From NCBI GenBank assembly GCA_036679605.1, contig JAZDCZ010000038.1, forward strand, positions 1 through 52,330: a stretch of DNA of 52,330 bases, in the 5' to 3' direction. The notes beneath the pieces were generated by a model. That model made no database searches and was not told the origin of the DNA. It saw only the letters and a list, made by a program, of their open reading frames with translations. Below are positions 28,920 through 39,218 of the stretch, piece by piece. Source of the DNA: Gemmatimonadota bacterium (GTDB lineage Bacteria; Gemmatimonadota; Gemmatimonadetes; Gemmatimonadales; GWC2-71-9). The number at the start of each line of letters is the position of its first letter. The first letter of the stretch is position 1. The position numbers and the translations under genes are program-made.

Positions 28920-29473
28920 GTCAAACCGGCACTGGCCATCAGATCGACAACCAGCCGAAGCGGTAGACCCATCACCCCAAAAAAATCTCCCTCGATTCGT
29001 TCGACCAGAATGGCACCACGCCCCTGCGCGGCGTAACTACCTGCCTTGTCGAGAGGTTCACCGGTAGCCACATAAGCGCTTATCATTTCGCTTGATAATT
29101 CCCTCAGCCAAACTCGGGTAATATCGCAACGCTCGAAGCACTGCTCGTCTTTGACCAAGGCGACCGCCGTGACGACCTTGTGCTCCCTACCTCCGAGCCT
29201 TGCGAGCATCGATTCTGCATCACGCACTGACGTCGGTTTGCCCAAAGTTTCACCGTCCAACACAACCACCGTATCGGCAGCCAGCACATACTCACCCGGC
29301 CTCCTACTCGCTACGATCTCGGCCTTCGCACGGGCCAGTCGCACCACGAGAGATTCGGGAAGTTCCGCCGGTTGGCGGCGCTCATCAACTTCGCTAGCGT
29401 CTACCTGGTGCTCGACACCAAGCATCTCGAGAAGCTCGCGTCGGCGTGGAGACGTGGACGCCAGTACGATCAT
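28901..29473 (-). CDS. maf: Maf-family nucleotide pyrophosphatase
   Basis: LASTSPRRRELL, AADTVV, GKP, DKAGSY, GLPL. Confidence 0.93.
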   Translation of the reverse strand: MIVLASTSPRRRELLEMLGVEHQVDASEVDERRQPAELPESLVVRLARAKAEIVASRRPGEYVLAADTVVVLDGETLGKPTSVRDAESMLARLGGREHKVVTAVALVKDEQCFERCDITRVWLRELSSEMISAYVATGEPLDKAGSYAAQGRGAILVERIEGDFFGVMGLPLRLVVDLMASAGLTYRFTR

Positions 29474-29907
29474 CGTTCCAGAATGAGCGTAACGGGTCCG
29501 TCGTTGACGAGCTGGACGTCCATCATTGCTCCGAAAACCCCAGATGCAACCGAGATATCGTGTCTTTCCAGCGCGCTGATAAACTCCTTGTAGTATTGCT
29601 CGGCCTTGCCGGGTTCTGCCGCATGCACAAAGGATGGGCGCCTTCCCTTGCGGACGTCTCCGTACAACGTGAACTGAGATACCACGAGGACGCCTCCGTC
29701 CACTTCGGCGATGTCTCGATTCATCTTGCCTTCATCGTCTGAAAAAACTCTGAGTCCTACGACTTTGTCGGCCATCCACCCAATTTCAGCTCCGGTATCG
29801 TCGTCGGAAAAACCTACAAGGAGCAACAAGCCTTGCCCTATCGACCCCACCTGCTGCCCGCCAATGGTAACCGACGCGCGTGACACACGTTGCAGCACTA
29901 CTCTCAA
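29470..29907 (-). CDS. dtd: D-aminoacyl-tRNA deacylase
   Basis: MRVVLQRV, SQFTLYG, KGRRPSF, NDGPVT. Confidence 0.96.
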   Translation of the reverse strand: MRVVLQRVSRASVTIGGQQVGSIGQGLLLLVGFSDDDTGAEIGWMADKVVGLRVFSDDEGKMNRDIAEVDGGVLVVSQFTLYGDVRKGRRPSFVHAAEPGKAEQYYKEFISALERHDISVASGVFGAMMDVQLVNDGPVTLILER

Positions 29908-29929
29908 TTCGGCAGTGCCCTTACTGTCA

Positions 29930-31756
29930 TTATTCGACCGTCACAGATTTCGCCAGGTTGCGCGGACGATCAACATCGCATCCACGCTGCAGCGCGATGT
30001 AGTAAGCCAGTAGTTGAAGAGGCAATACGCTGAGCACCGGTGTCAGAGGGTCGATCGTCTCAGGGATTTCGATTACATGATCGGCCAATTCGGCAATCCG
30101 GTCGTCCCCTTCGGTCACCACGGCTATTACCTGCCCTCTGCGGGCCTTCACCTCTTCCAAGTTCGATACGATCTTCTGATGAACCGCGTCCTGCGGGGCT
30201 ACAAAGATCACGGGCATCTCTTCATCAATCAGAGCGATGGGTCCATGCTTCATCTCGGCAGCGGGATAGCCTTCCGCATGGATGTAGGAGATCTCTTTCA
30301 ACTTGAGCGCACCTTCCAATGCTACAGGGAAACTGTATCCCCTCCCCAAGTAGAGAGCGTTTTGGACCCCCGCATATCGACGAGCGAGTTCTTCCACATT
30401 GCCCATTCGCGCCAACACGGATGCCACCTTCTCGGGCAGCGATTTGATCGCAAGCACAAATTTCCGACCCTGCAAAACCGACATCCCTCGAAGCCTACCG
30501 AGTCGCAGGGTGAGCAGAGCGAGCGCTACGAGTTGAGCGGTAAAAGCTTTCGTACTGGCTACACCGATCTCCGGTCCGGCGTGGACATAGATTCCACCAC
30601 CTACCTCGCGCGCTATCGAACTACCCACAACATTGACTATTCCCAGTGTCCGTGCACCACGACGTTTGGCCTCATGTAGTGCGGCCAAGGTATCGGCAGT
30701 CTCACCACTTTGCGAGATGCCGATTACCAGAGTTCGGTCATCCAGAATTGGCTTCCTGTAGCGCAATTCGGATGCGTACTCTACCTCAGACGGCACCTTT
30801 GCGAACTCCTCCAACATGTACTCACCGATTAGGGCAGCGTGCCATGATGTACCACATGCAGTCAGAACGATGCGCTCAATTCTGTTCAGCTCATCATCGC
30901 TCAAGTTGAGGCCGGAGAGCCGCGCACTACCCTCCTCCTCGAGCAGGCGGCCCCGGATCGTATTCTGTATGCTTTCAGGTTGCTCTAATATCTCCTTGAG
31001 CATAAAGTGTGCGTGTCCTGCGCGCTCTATCGTCGGCAAGTCCCAGTCCACCGTGCTTATTATCTTCTCCACTCTCGTCGATTCCAGGTCAGTGACCTGA
31101 TATCCATGCGGAGTCAGAACAGCCATCTCACCGTCATCGAGGTACACAACGGAACGCGTCTGGGCTAGCACACCTGCAACATCCGACGCGACGTACCGCC
31201 CGTCCTCAGCTAAGCCGAGTAACAGGGGAGACCCGTTCCGTGCTGCGACCAACGTCTCGGGCTCGTCCGCCGAAATCACCGCAAAGCCGTACGCACCCTC
31301 AACCTGCCGCACAGCAGCCGCAACGGCTTCCTCCAGCGACCCGTCGTACAACTGCTCGATGAGATGCACCAATACTTCGGAGTCCGTCTGCGAACGCAAC
31401 TTGTGTCGATGCCTCCGAAGGACTGCCTTCAGCGTACCAGCATTCTCAATGATCCCATTATGTACGAGTGCGATCCGGCCCGAGCAGTCTGCGTGTGGAT
31501 GTGCGTTCACATCGGTCGGCTCTCCGTGCGTTGCCCACCTTGTATGGGCTATCGCGATCCGACCGAACGGCAGAGTGGACCCCAAGCGCTCACGAAAATC
31601 ACTGAACCGGCCCGCCGACTTCTCCACTATCAGCTGCCCGTCACAAACGGCCGCGAATCCGGCAGAGTCATAGCCGCGATATTCGAGGCGCTGCAGACCG
31701 TCCAGCACGAGTGCGGTCGCGGATCCGGCACCGACGTAACCGATTATTCCACACAT
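29930..31756 (-). CDS. glmS: Glutamine-fructose-6-phosphate transaminase
   Basis: MCGIIGY, EYRGYDSAG, HTRWATHG, SQSGETADT, PRNLAKSVTVE. Confidence 0.97.
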   Translation of the reverse strand: MCGIIGYVGAGSATALVLDGLQRLEYRGYDSAGFAAVCDGQLIVEKSAGRFSDFRERLGSTLPFGRIAIAHTRWATHGEPTDVNAHPHADCSGRIALVHNGIIENAGTLKAVLRRHRHKLRSQTDSEVLVHLIEQLYDGSLEEAVAAAVRQVEGAYGFAVISADEPETLVAARNGSPLLLGLAEDGRYVASDVAGVLAQTRSVVYLDDGEMAVLTPHGYQVTDLESTRVEKIISTVDWDLPTIERAGHAHFMLKEILEQPESIQNTIRGRLLEEEGSARLSGLNLSDDELNRIERIVLTACGTSWHAALIGEYMLEEFAKVPSEVEYASELRYRKPILDDRTLVIGISQSGETADTLAALHEAKRRGARTLGIVNVVGSSIAREVGGGIYVHAGPEIGVASTKAFTAQLVALALLTLRLGRLRGMSVLQGRKFVLAIKSLPEKVASVLARMGNVEELARRYAGVQNALYLGRGYSFPVALEGALKLKEISYIHAEGYPAAEMKHGPIALIDEEMPVIFVAPQDAVHQKIVSNLEEVKARRGQVIAVVTEGDDRIAELADHVIEIPETIDPLTPVLSVLPLQLLAYYIALQRGCDVDRPRNLAKSVTVE

Positions 31757-31760
31757 AGGA

Positions 31761-33119
31761 TTACGTCCGATCCAGTGTGGCGCGAGCGATCTCGATCAGT
31801 TCTTGCGCGATCTTCTCATCATGCGCTTCTGCAATAAAGCGTACGATGGGCTCCGTTCCCGACGGCCTGACGTGTAGCCAAGACCCCGGCCACGTCAGAC
31901 GGAGTCCATCCTGCAGATCGACTTCAGCATCAGAAAATCTGGTCTTCAGTTGCGCATAGGATTCATCCAATTCACCACTCCGGCTTGCTTTAGCCTTCAC
32001 TATGCAATACTTAGGAGCAGCCGACACCAACTGTGCGACGGACTGGCCAGTCTGTCCCAGCAGATCGAGCACGAGCGCCGCGGCGACCGGCGCGTCACGC
32101 CCCAGATGCAGCTCCGGGAGCATCACGCCGCCATTTCCCTCTCCCCCGATGATCGCGGCACTGGTTTTCATCGCGTGCGCCACGTTTGCTTCGCCGACGG
32201 GCGCTCGCACGAGCCTCGCACCGAACGATTTGGCAGCATCATCTACTACCAGCGACGTGGACAGGTTCGTCGTGACCACGCCCTCGGCTTGCGCCAACAC
32301 CGCTCTTACGGCAAACGCAAGAGTGTAGTCCTCACCGACAGGCCGGCCATCCTCATCCACTAGGGCCAATCGATCGACGTCTGGATCCACAGCCATTCCG
32401 AGGTCGGCTCCGGAGCTATTCACCAACGCACTCAGTGCACCGAGGTTGGCGGGCACGGGCTCAGGCGCCCTAGGAAATCGACCGTCGGTCTCAAGATCCA
32501 TCCCCACTACCTCACAACCCAGTCTCTCCAGTAGCGCTGGCATGATCGTACCGCCGGCCCCGCGCACGCAGTCGAGAGCCACTTTGAAACGGCGGTCACG
32601 AATTCGTTCAGGACTGATCAAACGCAATTGAAGAACTTGATCCAGATGTCGCGACACGGCTCCATCGTCTCGATCCAATCCACCGATGTCGTCCCAAGAG
32701 GATCTTCCTATGTCACCGGACTCGACGCGTTCAAACAGACGGCTGGCCGAGTCGCGATCTAGAAACAGTCCGTCCGATCCGACAAATTTGAGGGCGTTCC
32801 ACTCTACGGGGTTGTGGCTGGCGGTCAGGACAATGCCTCCGGCAGCACCATGATGTTCCACTGCGAGCTGCAGTGTGGGAGTCGGAACTAGACCGCAGTC
32901 TACGACCGAGACTCCCACGGATTGGAGTCCCGCTCCGGCGGCGGCGGCAAGCATTGGTCCTGACGTACGGGAATCTCTACCCAGCAGAACCACACGACCC
33001 TCAGCCTCACGTGCAAGCTGCCCGAACGCAGCAGCGTAGCGAGCAACCAATTCTGGAGTGAGATCCTTTCCCACAATTCCACGAACGCCCGATACGCTTG
33101 CTATCAGGGTATCAGTCAT
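31761..33119 (-). CDS. glmM: Phosphoglucosamine mutase / phosphohexomutase
   Basis: TASHNP, DPDVDR, GEGNGG, RPSGTEP; directly upstream of glmS. Confidence 0.85.
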   Translation of the reverse strand: MTDTLIASVSGVRGIVGKDLTPELVARYAAAFGQLAREAEGRVVLLGRDSRTSGPMLAAAAGAGLQSVGVSVVDCGLVPTPTLQLAVEHHGAAGGIVLTASHNPVEWNALKFVGSDGLFLDRDSASRLFERVESGDIGRSSWDDIGGLDRDDGAVSRHLDQVLQLRLISPERIRDRRFKVALDCVRGAGGTIMPALLERLGCEVVGMDLETDGRFPRAPEPVPANLGALSALVNSSGADLGMAVDPDVDRLALVDEDGRPVGEDYTLAFAVRAVLAQAEGVVTTNLSTSLVVDDAAKSFGARLVRAPVGEANVAHAMKTSAAIIGGEGNGGVMLPELHLGRDAPVAAALVLDLLGQTGQSVAQLVSAAPKYCIVKAKASRSGELDESYAQLKTRFSDAEVDLQDGLRLTWPGSWLHVRPSGTEPIVRFIAEAHDEKIAQELIEIARATLDRT

Positions 33120-33143
33120 GACGGTAGATAATGTAACCGAGCG

Positions 33144-34241
33144 CTACATGCCGGAGGGGACGACATCGCCGGCTGCTAGGCGAACAGGCACGCTTCGCCT
33201 GACCTTCTCGGGAGTCGCTATCGGAAGACTCGATTGGTCCTCGTATGCCCGCAGGAAGGCGTCCAGGACGTCGGGATCGAACTGAGAATTCTGACATCGC
33301 GTGAGTTCGTTTACAGCATTCTTTGTTGCCATCGCCGACCGATAGGGTCGTGCCGATGTCATGGCATCAAAAGAGTCGGCTAGGGACACAATCCGCGCAA
33401 ACATTGGTATTCCTTGTCCGGAAAGGCCGTCCGGCAGCCCCTTACCGTCAACTCGTTCATGATGCGATCTGACGATTGCCAACACCCCCGGAGCATTCTT
33501 TAGAAGGGGGTGCAGAATGTGAGCCCCTATGACAGTGTGTGTCATCAAGTGTTCGTACTCGTCGTCGGTCAGGGCTGCAGGCTTCAATAGAACTTTCTCT
33601 CGCACTCCAATCTTGCCGACGTCGTGCAGCTCGGCGCCGAGTCCCACCAACTGAACCTCTGCTTCAGAGAGGCCGAGTTGTACCGCCACCTCACTGGCGT
33701 ACGCACTAACACGTGCGGAATGACCACGTGTATACGCATCCTTCGCCTCCAAGGCGTCTACCAACGCCTGAATCCCCTCCAGAAACAGCTCTTCGATGCG
33801 GCAGGCCTGTAGCTGTACTAACTCTGCAAGATGGTTCTGATATCGGAGGTTTTCCTCGATCAGCCGGCGTTTATCCAGTGCCTGCCCGACACGCGCACCG
33901 ACTTCCTTGATCTCAAACGGCTTCGTGATGTAATCGAGAGCACCGAGCCGAAGGCACGAAACCGCCAAGTCAACGTCCGCTACTCCAGACACCATGACTA
34001 CTGCGATGTTAGGCCAGTGCTCGCGGATCTGTCGGAGCAGGGCCATCCCATCCATCTCCGGCATTTTAATGTCACTAAGAACGATGGAGATCTCGTGACG
34101 TTCAAGTACCGCAATGGCATCCTTGCCCGAGGCAGCCACCATACATCGATACCCGGCCTGCTCGAGAACCCGACTGAGGGCATCACGCAGGCTTTGTTCG
34201 TCATCTACCACGAGACACGTGAGCGAAGAGGTCGTCATCAT
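33144..34241 (-). CDS. REC-HD-GYP response regulator (putative c-di-GMP phosphodiesterase)
   Basis: LVVDDE, SDIKMPEMDG, KPF; YTRGHS, LHDVGKIG, HHERVDGKGLPDGL (GLP variant of GYP). Confidence 0.88.
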   Translation of the reverse strand: MMTTSSLTCLVVDDEQSLRDALSRVLEQAGYRCMVAASGKDAIAVLERHEISIVLSDIKMPEMDGMALLRQIREHWPNIAVVMVSGVADVDLAVSCLRLGALDYITKPFEIKEVGARVGQALDKRRLIEENLRYQNHLAELVQLQACRIEELFLEGIQALVDALEAKDAYTRGHSARVSAYASEVAVQLGLSEAEVQLVGLGAELHDVGKIGVREKVLLKPAALTDDEYEHLMTHTVIGAHILHPLLKNAPGVLAIVRSHHERVDGKGLPDGLSGQGIPMFARIVSLADSFDAMTSARPYRSAMATKNAVNELTRCQNSQFDPDVLDAFLRAYEDQSSLPIATPEKVRRSVPVRLAAGDVVPSGM

Positions 34242-34351
34242 GGTGCTCAAGGGTAACTTAAGGTGCCGAGGCACCACACATCAAGACAATTGCTTGCCCG
34301 CAAAGAGAGTTTCAAGTTAGCTTCCCGCTCCACATCATAGACTGGGTCTCA

Positions 34352-35527
34352 ATGACGAAAGTGATGCCTCAAGACATCGCGGCCGGATTCGCGACTCGCG
34401 CCGTTCACGCGGGGCAGGAACCGGAAGCAATAACGGGTGCGATCATGACGCCCATCTTCCAGACCTCCACTTACGTGCACCCTAGACTTGGCGAACACAA
34501 GGGCTTCGAGTATGCCCGTACACGAAACCCGACCCGCGACGCACTGGAACGCAACATCGCCGCCCTAGAAGGCGGGAGTTCGGGACACGCCTTCGCGTCC
34601 GGGCTGGCCGCTACCGATGCCATTCTAAAACTGTTTCAGTCGGGCGATCATGTTATCTGCGGCGAGAACGTGTATGGTGGAACTCACCGGCTCATGACTC
34701 AAGTTTTCGAACAACTGGGCCTCAATTTTAGTTTCGTCGATACACGCGATCTTGCGGAGATCGAGTCGGCCTGTACGCCCAGTACCAAGTTGATCTTCAT
34801 TGAAACTCCGACGAACCCCATGATGCATATCACGGACCTGAGAGCGGTAGCCGATCTTGCTCGGGATCGAGGTGCCGTCTTGGCGGTGGATAACACCTTT
34901 GCATCACCGTATTTCCAACGCCCGATCGAACATGGAGCCGAGCTTGTGCTTCATTCGACCACCAAGTATCTCAATGGCCACAGCGATATGGTTGGTGGAA
35001 TTGTGGTAACCAGCCGAGAAGACTTAGCTGAGCGGCTGAGCTTCATTCAGAATGCTGCCGGCGCGGTCCCGGGTCCCCTAGACTGTTGGCTCGCTCTCAG
35101 GGGCATAAAGACACTCGAGATTCGAATGCGTCGGCACGACGCGACCGGCCAAATGATGGCGGAGTGGCTGAGCGATCATCCGGCTGTCCGAAAAATCTAC
35201 TACCCCGGATTACCGAGCCACGAACAGCATGAACTCGCGGCCCGCCAGATGAGCGGTTTCGGCGGCATGATTTCAATAGATTTCGGCTCGCTCGAGAGGG
35301 CCCGTGCCGTGGTGAACAACACTCGAATCTTTGCTCTTGCCGAGTCCCTGGGTGGAGTCGAGAGCCTAATTGGGCACCCCGCGTCGATGACACACGCCAG
35401 CGTGCCTGAGCCGTTGCGTGAAAAGATGGGCCTCACCGATGGGCTGGTCCGTCTGTCGGTCGGGATCGAGGATCCGGACGACCTGAAGCAGGATCTCGAA
35501 CAAGCGATGGCCACCACGGCATCCTAG
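34352..35527 (+). CDS. Cystathionine gamma-synthase/lyase (Cys/Met PLP enzyme)
   Basis: EYARTRNPTR, ETPTNP, VDNTFASP, HSTTKYLNGHSD, AESLGGVESL, RLSVGIE. Confidence 0.92.
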   Translation: MTKVMPQDIAAGFATRAVHAGQEPEAITGAIMTPIFQTSTYVHPRLGEHKGFEYARTRNPTRDALERNIAALEGGSSGHAFASGLAATDAILKLFQSGDHVICGENVYGGTHRLMTQVFEQLGLNFSFVDTRDLAEIESACTPSTKLIFIETPTNPMMHITDLRAVADLARDRGAVLAVDNTFASPYFQRPIEHGAELVLHSTTKYLNGHSDMVGGIVVTSREDLAERLSFIQNAAGAVPGPLDCWLALRGIKTLEIRMRRHDATGQMMAEWLSDHPAVRKIYYPGLPSHEQHELAARQMSGFGGMISIDFGSLERARAVVNNTRIFALAESLGGVESLIGHPASMTHASVPEPLREKMGLTDGLVRLSVGIEDPDDLKQDLEQAMATTAS

Positions 35528-35535
35528 TCACAGGC

Positions 35536-35561
35536 TGAAACTGCGGAGACCCGGTCGCGTA
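35536..35561 (+). promoter_or_regulatory. ECF (SigW-type) promoter TGAAAC-N16-CGTA upstream of the M48 peptidase
   Basis: TGAAAC at 35536-35541, 16-nt spacer, CGTA at 35558-35561; same motif flanks the ECF sigma gene. Confidence 0.7.
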
Positions 35562-35622
35562 CGATATAGCGACCACCAGAAACCTTAGTTATCGCCATAT
35601 TCTCTGAGTATCGGAGGCAGTA

Positions 35623-36630
35623 ATGAGCGACGAAAACGGTTTGCCTTCGGAACGCTCCCGAATCGTTCTGAAGGATATCTCGGCCACCTCCTGGGAGCAC
35701 CCAGCAGACCGAGCGGCACTCCAGACCTTGCGATCCATCCCAGGGTTTGACGAGGTCATAAGACGAGTTTTCGGATTTTTTGGGGAGCGGGGCATACGGC
35801 TGCTGTTCCAGGCAAGCGCAGTCCGCGTGGGGCCGAACCAGTTCCCGCGCCTGCACGGCCTCATGACCGAGGTGACCACGACCCTAGACTGGCCCAATCA
35901 ACCCGAACTGTTTGTGACCCAGACGCCCCTGGTCAATGCGGGCGCGGTCGGAATGGACGAACCATTCATAACCTTGAACTCCGGCACGCTCAGCCTACTC
36001 GATGACGACGAACTGCGCGTCATCCTGGGCCACGAACTAGGGCACGTGATGAGCGGACATTCTCTGTACCGTACAGTGCTATTCATCATCCTGATGTTCG
36101 GATTCAACAATCTTCCATTCTTGGCTGGCTTGGCGCTTCTGCCGATCCAGTTGGCCCTTCTCGAGTGGTCTCGCAAGGCCGAACTCTCGGCCGACCGAGC
36201 CGGCCTGCTGGCAACACAGAATCCCGTGGCATCGATGCAGGTTTTTCTGAGGCTGGCAGGAGGGGGTGATCCAAAAGAGACCAACTTGGACGCCTTCATG
36301 GAACAGGCCCGAGAATACGAAACCCTGGGCGGACCAATGGACTCTGCGTACAAAATCCTGAACACGTTGAGCCTTAGCCACCCGTTCCATACGCTGAGAG
36401 CCGCGGAGCTACAGAACTGGACGTCAGATGGAGGCTACGACAAGATTCTGGCGGGAGAGTACACCCACCGGGGCGAGGAAGAGGAAAAGCGGTCCGTCGT
36501 AGACGACATTGGTGAAGCTGCCTCTCACTACGCACAGTCCGCCAAGGACACTGTCGGCAGCGTGACCGATGCCGCCAAGCGCGCAGCGCAGGCTTTTTCA
36601 GACGCCTTCAAGGACAACGCCGGGGAGTGA
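35623..36630 (+). CDS. M48-family zinc metallopeptidase
   Basis: NAGAVG, GHELGH, SRKAELSADR, SHP; GGAGG Shine-Dalgarno. Confidence 0.9.
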   Translation: MSDENGLPSERSRIVLKDISATSWEHPADRAALQTLRSIPGFDEVIRRVFGFFGERGIRLLFQASAVRVGPNQFPRLHGLMTEVTTTLDWPNQPELFVTQTPLVNAGAVGMDEPFITLNSGTLSLLDDDELRVILGHELGHVMSGHSLYRTVLFIILMFGFNNLPFLAGLALLPIQLALLEWSRKAELSADRAGLLATQNPVASMQVFLRLAGGGDPKETNLDAFMEQAREYETLGGPMDSAYKILNTLSLSHPFHTLRAAELQNWTSDGGYDKILAGEYTHRGEEEEKRSVVDDIGEAASHYAQSAKDTVGSVTDAAKRAAQAFSDAFKDNAGE

Positions 36631-37898
36631 ACATCCTGGTGGTCGGAGGTGGCGGTCGGGAGCACGCGCTCTGTTGGGCGCTCTCTCGTACCGCCACCGT
36701 TCTATGCGCACCCGGGAACCCTGGAACCGCAGCCCTCGGCACAAATCTCCCAGTCAACCCGCTGGACCTCGACGCCGTGGTCTCGACAGTCGCGGACCAC
36801 GATATCGACCTCACTGTCGTCGGGCCGGAAGCTCCTCTTGCGGCGGGCCTCGTAGATCGACTCCAAGAGGCAGGGCGCACCTCCTTCGGTCCTTCCGCCA
36901 GAGCTGCTCGACTCGAAGCATCCAAGGCATATGCGAAGGATGTGATGCTGGCTGCCGGTGTCCCGACCGGCAGTAGCGCGGTATTCACGGATCAAGCGGC
37001 TGCCCTCGACCACATCGGCATTCACGAGGAGCCGCTGGTGATCAAGGCCTCGGGCCTGGCCGCCGGGAAAGGGGCCGTAGTCTGCGACACCAGATCTCAA
37101 GCCACCGATGTCGTTCGCGAGATGTTCGGCGGGAAATTCGGAGAGGCAGGCAAGCAGGTCCTGGTAGAGGAATTCCTCGAGGGCGAGGAGCTGTCCGTGC
37201 TCGCCATGACAGACGGGGAGCATATCATGCTCCTCCCGGCCTCACAGGATCACAAACGCTTGGGTGAGGGAGACAAGGGCCCCAACACGGGTGGCATGGG
37301 AGCATATAGCCCGGTCTCCCTGGCCGATAGCAGTCTTCTGTCACGCGTTACCTCCGAGGTTATCGCCCCAGTGTTAAGGCATATGGCTGATGCGGGAGCA
37401 CCATACAGGGGCGTTCTCTATGCTGGGATCATGGTCGAACCGGGCGGGGGCATCAAGGTATTGGAGTTCAACTGTCGATTCGGTGATCCCGAGGCGCAGG
37501 TGGTGCTCCCAATACTGGAGATAGACCTGGCGGAGCATATGTGGAGCATAGCATCAGGTGATTCTTGGAAACCGGAGCATTGCTCAGCCACGGGCGCAGC
37601 CGTCACCACAGTGCTCGCGTCTCCCGGTTATCCCGAATCTCCTACTACGGGCGCCGAAATCAATATTCCGGAGCTGCTGCCACCAGACACCCTGCTTTTC
37701 CACGCCGGAACTCGCATGGAATACGATGGAGTGCTCCGGACCTCCGGAGGTAGGGTGCTCTGCGCCACCGGGCTGGGGAGCGACGTTCGGGCTGCGTCGG
37801 AAAGCAGCCGCAACCTGGCGGCGGCCATCCACTTCGAGGGGGCAGTCTACCGCCGCGACATTGCCTGGCGCGAGAAGGCCCGTGCCGGAGCTGCCTGA
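36627..37898 (+). CDS. purD: Phosphoribosylamine-glycine ligase
   Basis: GGGGREHAL, GPEAPL, QDHKRL...GPNTGGMGAYSP, EFNCRFGDPE. Confidence 0.97.
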   Translation: MNILVVGGGGREHALCWALSRTATVLCAPGNPGTAALGTNLPVNPLDLDAVVSTVADHDIDLTVVGPEAPLAAGLVDRLQEAGRTSFGPSARAARLEASKAYAKDVMLAAGVPTGSSAVFTDQAAALDHIGIHEEPLVIKASGLAAGKGAVVCDTRSQATDVVREMFGGKFGEAGKQVLVEEFLEGEELSVLAMTDGEHIMLLPASQDHKRLGEGDKGPNTGGMGAYSPVSLADSSLLSRVTSEVIAPVLRHMADAGAPYRGVLYAGIMVEPGGGIKVLEFNCRFGDPEAQVVLPILEIDLAEHMWSIASGDSWKPEHCSATGAAVTTVLASPGYPESPTTGAEINIPELLPPDTLLFHAGTRMEYDGVLRTSGGRVLCATGLGSDVRAASESSRNLAAAIHFEGAVYRRDIAWREKARAGAA

Positions 37899-38727
37899 GG
37901 TCGAGACAATTGTCCGCGACCTGCAACCCCAGCTGGTCGGTCGTACCCTTCACAACCCCAAACTCACCAAGGCCGACGTCCTCCGGGAGGTAACTAGCAG
38001 GAAGTTCCTTGCCGGACTCAGAAACCGCCGCATCGAGTCGGTGACTCGCCGCGCGAAGCACGCCGTGTTTCTGCTCGACACCGGCCGCAGAATGGTTATC
38101 CAGCCTCGTATGACCGGTACCCTGATCGTCCACAACCGAGACCTTTCGAGCACTGAGCTGCGCCATACGGTGCTCCGCATCGGAATAGGCAATGGTCAAA
38201 CCTTCGCATACCGTGACGTGCGGAGGCTCGGCACGATCTGGCTCTTGGACGAGAGCCAGTGGCGGGCCTATACTGACCGCATCGGGCCCGAACCTCTGGA
38301 CGACGAATTCGACCTCGAGCGCTTTCAGATCCAGTTCAAGGGAACGCGGCAGGCAATCAAGAAGACTTTGATGGATCAGAAGCGCGTCGCCGGCGTGGGA
38401 AATATTTATGCAAATGAGGTGCTGTTTCGGGCCGGTATCGACCCATCTTGTCCGACCGGGAAGTTGGGCGTCACAGAGATGAAAACGCTGCTCCGAGAGA
38501 TAAAATGCGTATTGAGTGAGGCAATCGCTTCTCACGGAACTACCTTCCGTGATTACAGGACGGGAAAAGGGGAGAAGGGTTCGTTCCAGAACCGACTTCT
38601 GGTATACGGGCGCGGCGGCATGCCTTGCGTAGAATGCGGTACGCTTCTCACCACGACGCACGCCATCGATGGGCGCGCGACCACATTCTGTTGGAGGTGC
38701 CAGGGCTCCCCAATGAGAAGGCCGTGA
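37882..38727 (+). CDS. mutM: Formamidopyrimidine-DNA glycosylase
   Basis: GTG-PELPEVET start, RRAKH, GPEPL, AGVGNIYANE, C-terminal CxxC...CxxCQ zinc finger. Confidence 0.96.
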   Translation: MPELPEVETIVRDLQPQLVGRTLHNPKLTKADVLREVTSRKFLAGLRNRRIESVTRRAKHAVFLLDTGRRMVIQPRMTGTLIVHNRDLSSTELRHTVLRIGIGNGQTFAYRDVRRLGTIWLLDESQWRAYTDRIGPEPLDDEFDLERFQIQFKGTRQAIKKTLMDQKRVAGVGNIYANEVLFRAGIDPSCPTGKLGVTEMKTLLREIKCVLSEAIASHGTTFRDYRTGKGEKGSFQNRLLVYGRGGMPCVECGTLLTTTHAIDGRATTFCWRCQGSPMRRP

Positions 38728-39218
38728 CATCGCTCGCTCTCCCGCTAACCGATCTCACGCGGCTTCGATACCGCGTGGCGGCGCCCCTGGATCGTGTGAT
38801 CGCAAAGATGACGGCCGCCAGCGAGCGCAACGAATTCGAGAGTGCCGTACTCTGGCGCAATAGACTCGACCAGTTGGAATGGCTCCTGGCTACGGCGGTA
38901 AGAGCGCGAGCAGCTATCGAAGCGCTGAGCTTCGTATATGATGACCCCGGAGTCTACGGCGACGACCGCGTCTATGTTATCCGCCAAGCTACCGTACGTG
39001 CATCGGCTCCCACACCACGAACGCCAATCGAGCGCGAAGCGTTTAGGGCACTCGTCTCGGAGCATGTAGCACTAGAGGCCGTGGCAGGGCCGTTGCCACC
39101 AACTGCAATCGACGAGACGGTGCTGCTCACAAGTTGGTTCCGCCGACATCCTCAGGTATTGCGCCGTACTGTGCCTCTAGGCGACTGGCTCCAAGACAAC
39201 ACATCTCTGCAAGAATGA
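38724..39218 (+). CDS. UvrB/UvrC (UVR) motif protein with no recognisable nuclease domain
   Basis: MTAASERNEFESAVLWRNRL is UVR-like. GTGA overlap with mutM and ATGA overlap with the next gene. Confidence 0.6.
   Translation: MTSLALPLTDLTRLRYRVAAPLDRVIAKMTAASERNEFESAVLWRNRLDQLEWLLATAVRARAAIEALSFVYDDPGVYGDDRVYVIRQATVRASAPTPRTPIEREAFRALVSEHVALEAVAGPLPPTAIDETVLLTSWFRRHPQVLRRTVPLGDWLQDNTSLQE

Noticed and set aside
31757..31800. glmS ribozyme
   Set aside because: Only 4 bp separate glmM and glmS, leaving no room.
37558..37881. Long N-terminal extension of mutM and the 356-aa antisense ORF 37660-38730
   Set aside because: MutM requires an N-terminal Pro (PELPEV at 37882); the extension overlaps purD and the antisense ORF has no recognisable features.
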